This document shows, piece by piece, positions 32,768 to 33,947 of a DNA stretch of 33,947 bases (within the stretch, counting starts at the first letter, position 1; each line of letters begins with the position of its first letter). The notes under the pieces were generated by a model. That model saw only the letters and a list, made by a program, of their open reading frames with translations, ran no database searches and was not told the origin of the DNA. Both the position numbers and the translations under genes were made by a program. The stretch comes from Nitrospinota bacterium. GTDB taxonomy: Bacteria > JADFOP01. Location of the stretch: positions 1 to 33,947 of the forward strand of contig JADFOP010000021.1 of the NCBI GenBank assembly GCA_022562795.1. Reading direction: 5' to 3'.

Positions 32768-33947
32768 GGGAGGCCGTCTCATCGATCCCGAATCGGGGAC
32801 CGACGATGACCTCGACCTCCTTATCGAAGAGGGCAGCCTGAACGCTGTTGGGCCAGGGCTTCGAGCCCAGCTTCCCGCAGGGAGTGTTATAGAGCCCTTC
32901 GACCCGGCTGCGCCTCCCCCTCTCGACGGCATCGTCGCCTTGGATGCCCGGGGGTGTGTAGTGGCCCCTGGGTTTGTGGACATCCACGTCCATTTGCGCC
33001 AGCCGGGCTTCGAGCACAAGGAGACCATCGAGAGCGGCACGAGGGCGGCGGTGGCGGGGGGCTTCACCTCCGTCTGCTGCATGGCCAACACCGACCCGGT
33101 GAATGACAACGGCACGGTAGCGGAATTCATCTTAAAGGAGGCCGCCGCCCGCGGGGCCTGCAAGGTCTACCCGATCGGGGCGGTCTCTAAGAAGCTCGAG
33201 GGCCGCGAGCTTGCCGAGATCGGAGAGCTGGCCGAAGTCGGCTGCGTGGCCTTGAGCGATGATGGCCGACCGGTGCTCGACTCAGGCCTCATGCGCCGGG
33301 CCATGGAGTACGCGAGTCGCTTCGGGCTCACAATCGTGCAGCACTGCGAGGATACGGGCCTTACCCGGGGGGCGGTCATGCACGAGGGGCCTGTGGCGAC
33401 GGAGCTCGGCCTCGTCGGCTGGCCCGCGGCGGCCGAGGAGATTTTGGTAGCTAGGGACATTCTGCTCGCCGAGACCCTGCGGCTGCCCGTTCACCTGGCC
33501 CACCTCTCTTCGGCAGGCAGCGTGCGGCTGCTTCGGGAGGCCAAAGCGCGGGAGGTCCCGGTGACCGCCGAGGTGACCCCCCATCACCTGATGCTGACCG
33601 ACGAGGCCGTCCGAGGCTACGATACCCTTGCGAAGATGAATCCGCCGCTGCGGTCGGCCGAGGACCGCTCAGCGCTACGCGCGGCGCTGGCCGAGGGGGT
33701 TATCGACGCTGTGGCCACCGACCACGCGCCCCACGCGGAGGCGGAAAAGGAGGTCGAGTTCGACCAGGCGGCCTTCGGCGTAGTGGGCCTGGAGACGGCC
33801 CTGCCGTTGGTGCTCCGGCTCGTCGAGGAAGGCCTCATGGGCCTCCCTGAGGCCGTCGAGCGCCTGACCTTGGGGCCGGCCCGCTGCCTGGGCCTTCCCG
33901 CCGGGACCTTGTCCGTCGGGTCGCCGGCCGGTGTGGTGGGCTTTAAC
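32751..33947 (+). CDS. pyrC: dihydroorotase (partial, runs off the window end)
   Basis: Absent from the ORF track; manual translation [13 protein letters not shown]...[14 protein letters not shown]...[15 protein letters not shown]...KMNPPLRS...ATDHAPH. Confidence 0.96.
   Translation, partial: MRLLIEGGRLIDPESGTDDDLDLLIEEGSLNAVGPGLRAQLPAGSVIEPFDPAAPPPLDGIVALDARGCVVAPGFVDIHVHLRQPGFEHKETIESGTRAAVAGGFTSVCCMANTDPVNDNGTVAEFILKEAAARGACKVYPIGAVSKKLEGRELAEIGELAEVGCVALSDDGRPVLDSGLMRRAMEYASRFGLTIVQHCEDTGLTRGAVMHEGPVATELGLVGWPAAAEEILVARDILLAETLRLPVHLAHLSSAGSVRLLREAKAREVPVTAEVTPHHLMLTDEAVRGYDTLAKMNPPLRSAEDRSALRAALAEGVIDAVATDHAPHAEAEKEVEFDQAAFGVVGLETALPLVLRLVEEGLMGLPEAVERLTLGPARCLGLPAGTLSVGSPAGVVGFN

Noticed and set aside
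33900..33947. Deviant PyrC C-terminal motif (PAGVVGFN instead of an AD...D pattern)
   Set aside because: At the extreme window end, where base errors are plausible; cannot be interpreted.

Overview
Chromosomal replication-origin region of a high-GC (~60-65% in the flanks) diderm bacterium. Gene order suggests a Deltaproteobacteria/Nitrospinota/Tectomicrobia-like lineage (inference only). Leftward on the minus strand: rpmH-rnpA-yidD-yidC, a perfect parS palindrome, rsmG-parA-parB-bactofilin, the atpF'FHAGDC cluster (no a/c subunits), a lipoprotein, and a lower-GC end. That end carries a PLD-family nuclease that begins a DpnI-type winged-helix and then switches in frame into a GatB-like sequence. 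Rightward: dnaA, an AT-rich oriC with a Bacillus-like DnaA-box/GC/DnaA-trio module, gyrB-gyrA (no dnaN or recF), a TPR lipoprotein, a ~150-bp inverted-repeat element, an atypical ferredoxin, a receiver-domain protein, hicB with a truncated hicA, mfd, two SurA/PrsA-type PPIases, an IclR regulator and a PyrR-attenuated pyrR-pyrB-pyrC operon (pyrC cut by the window end). No rRNA, tRNA or CRISPR was seen. All calls are by eye; no searches were run.
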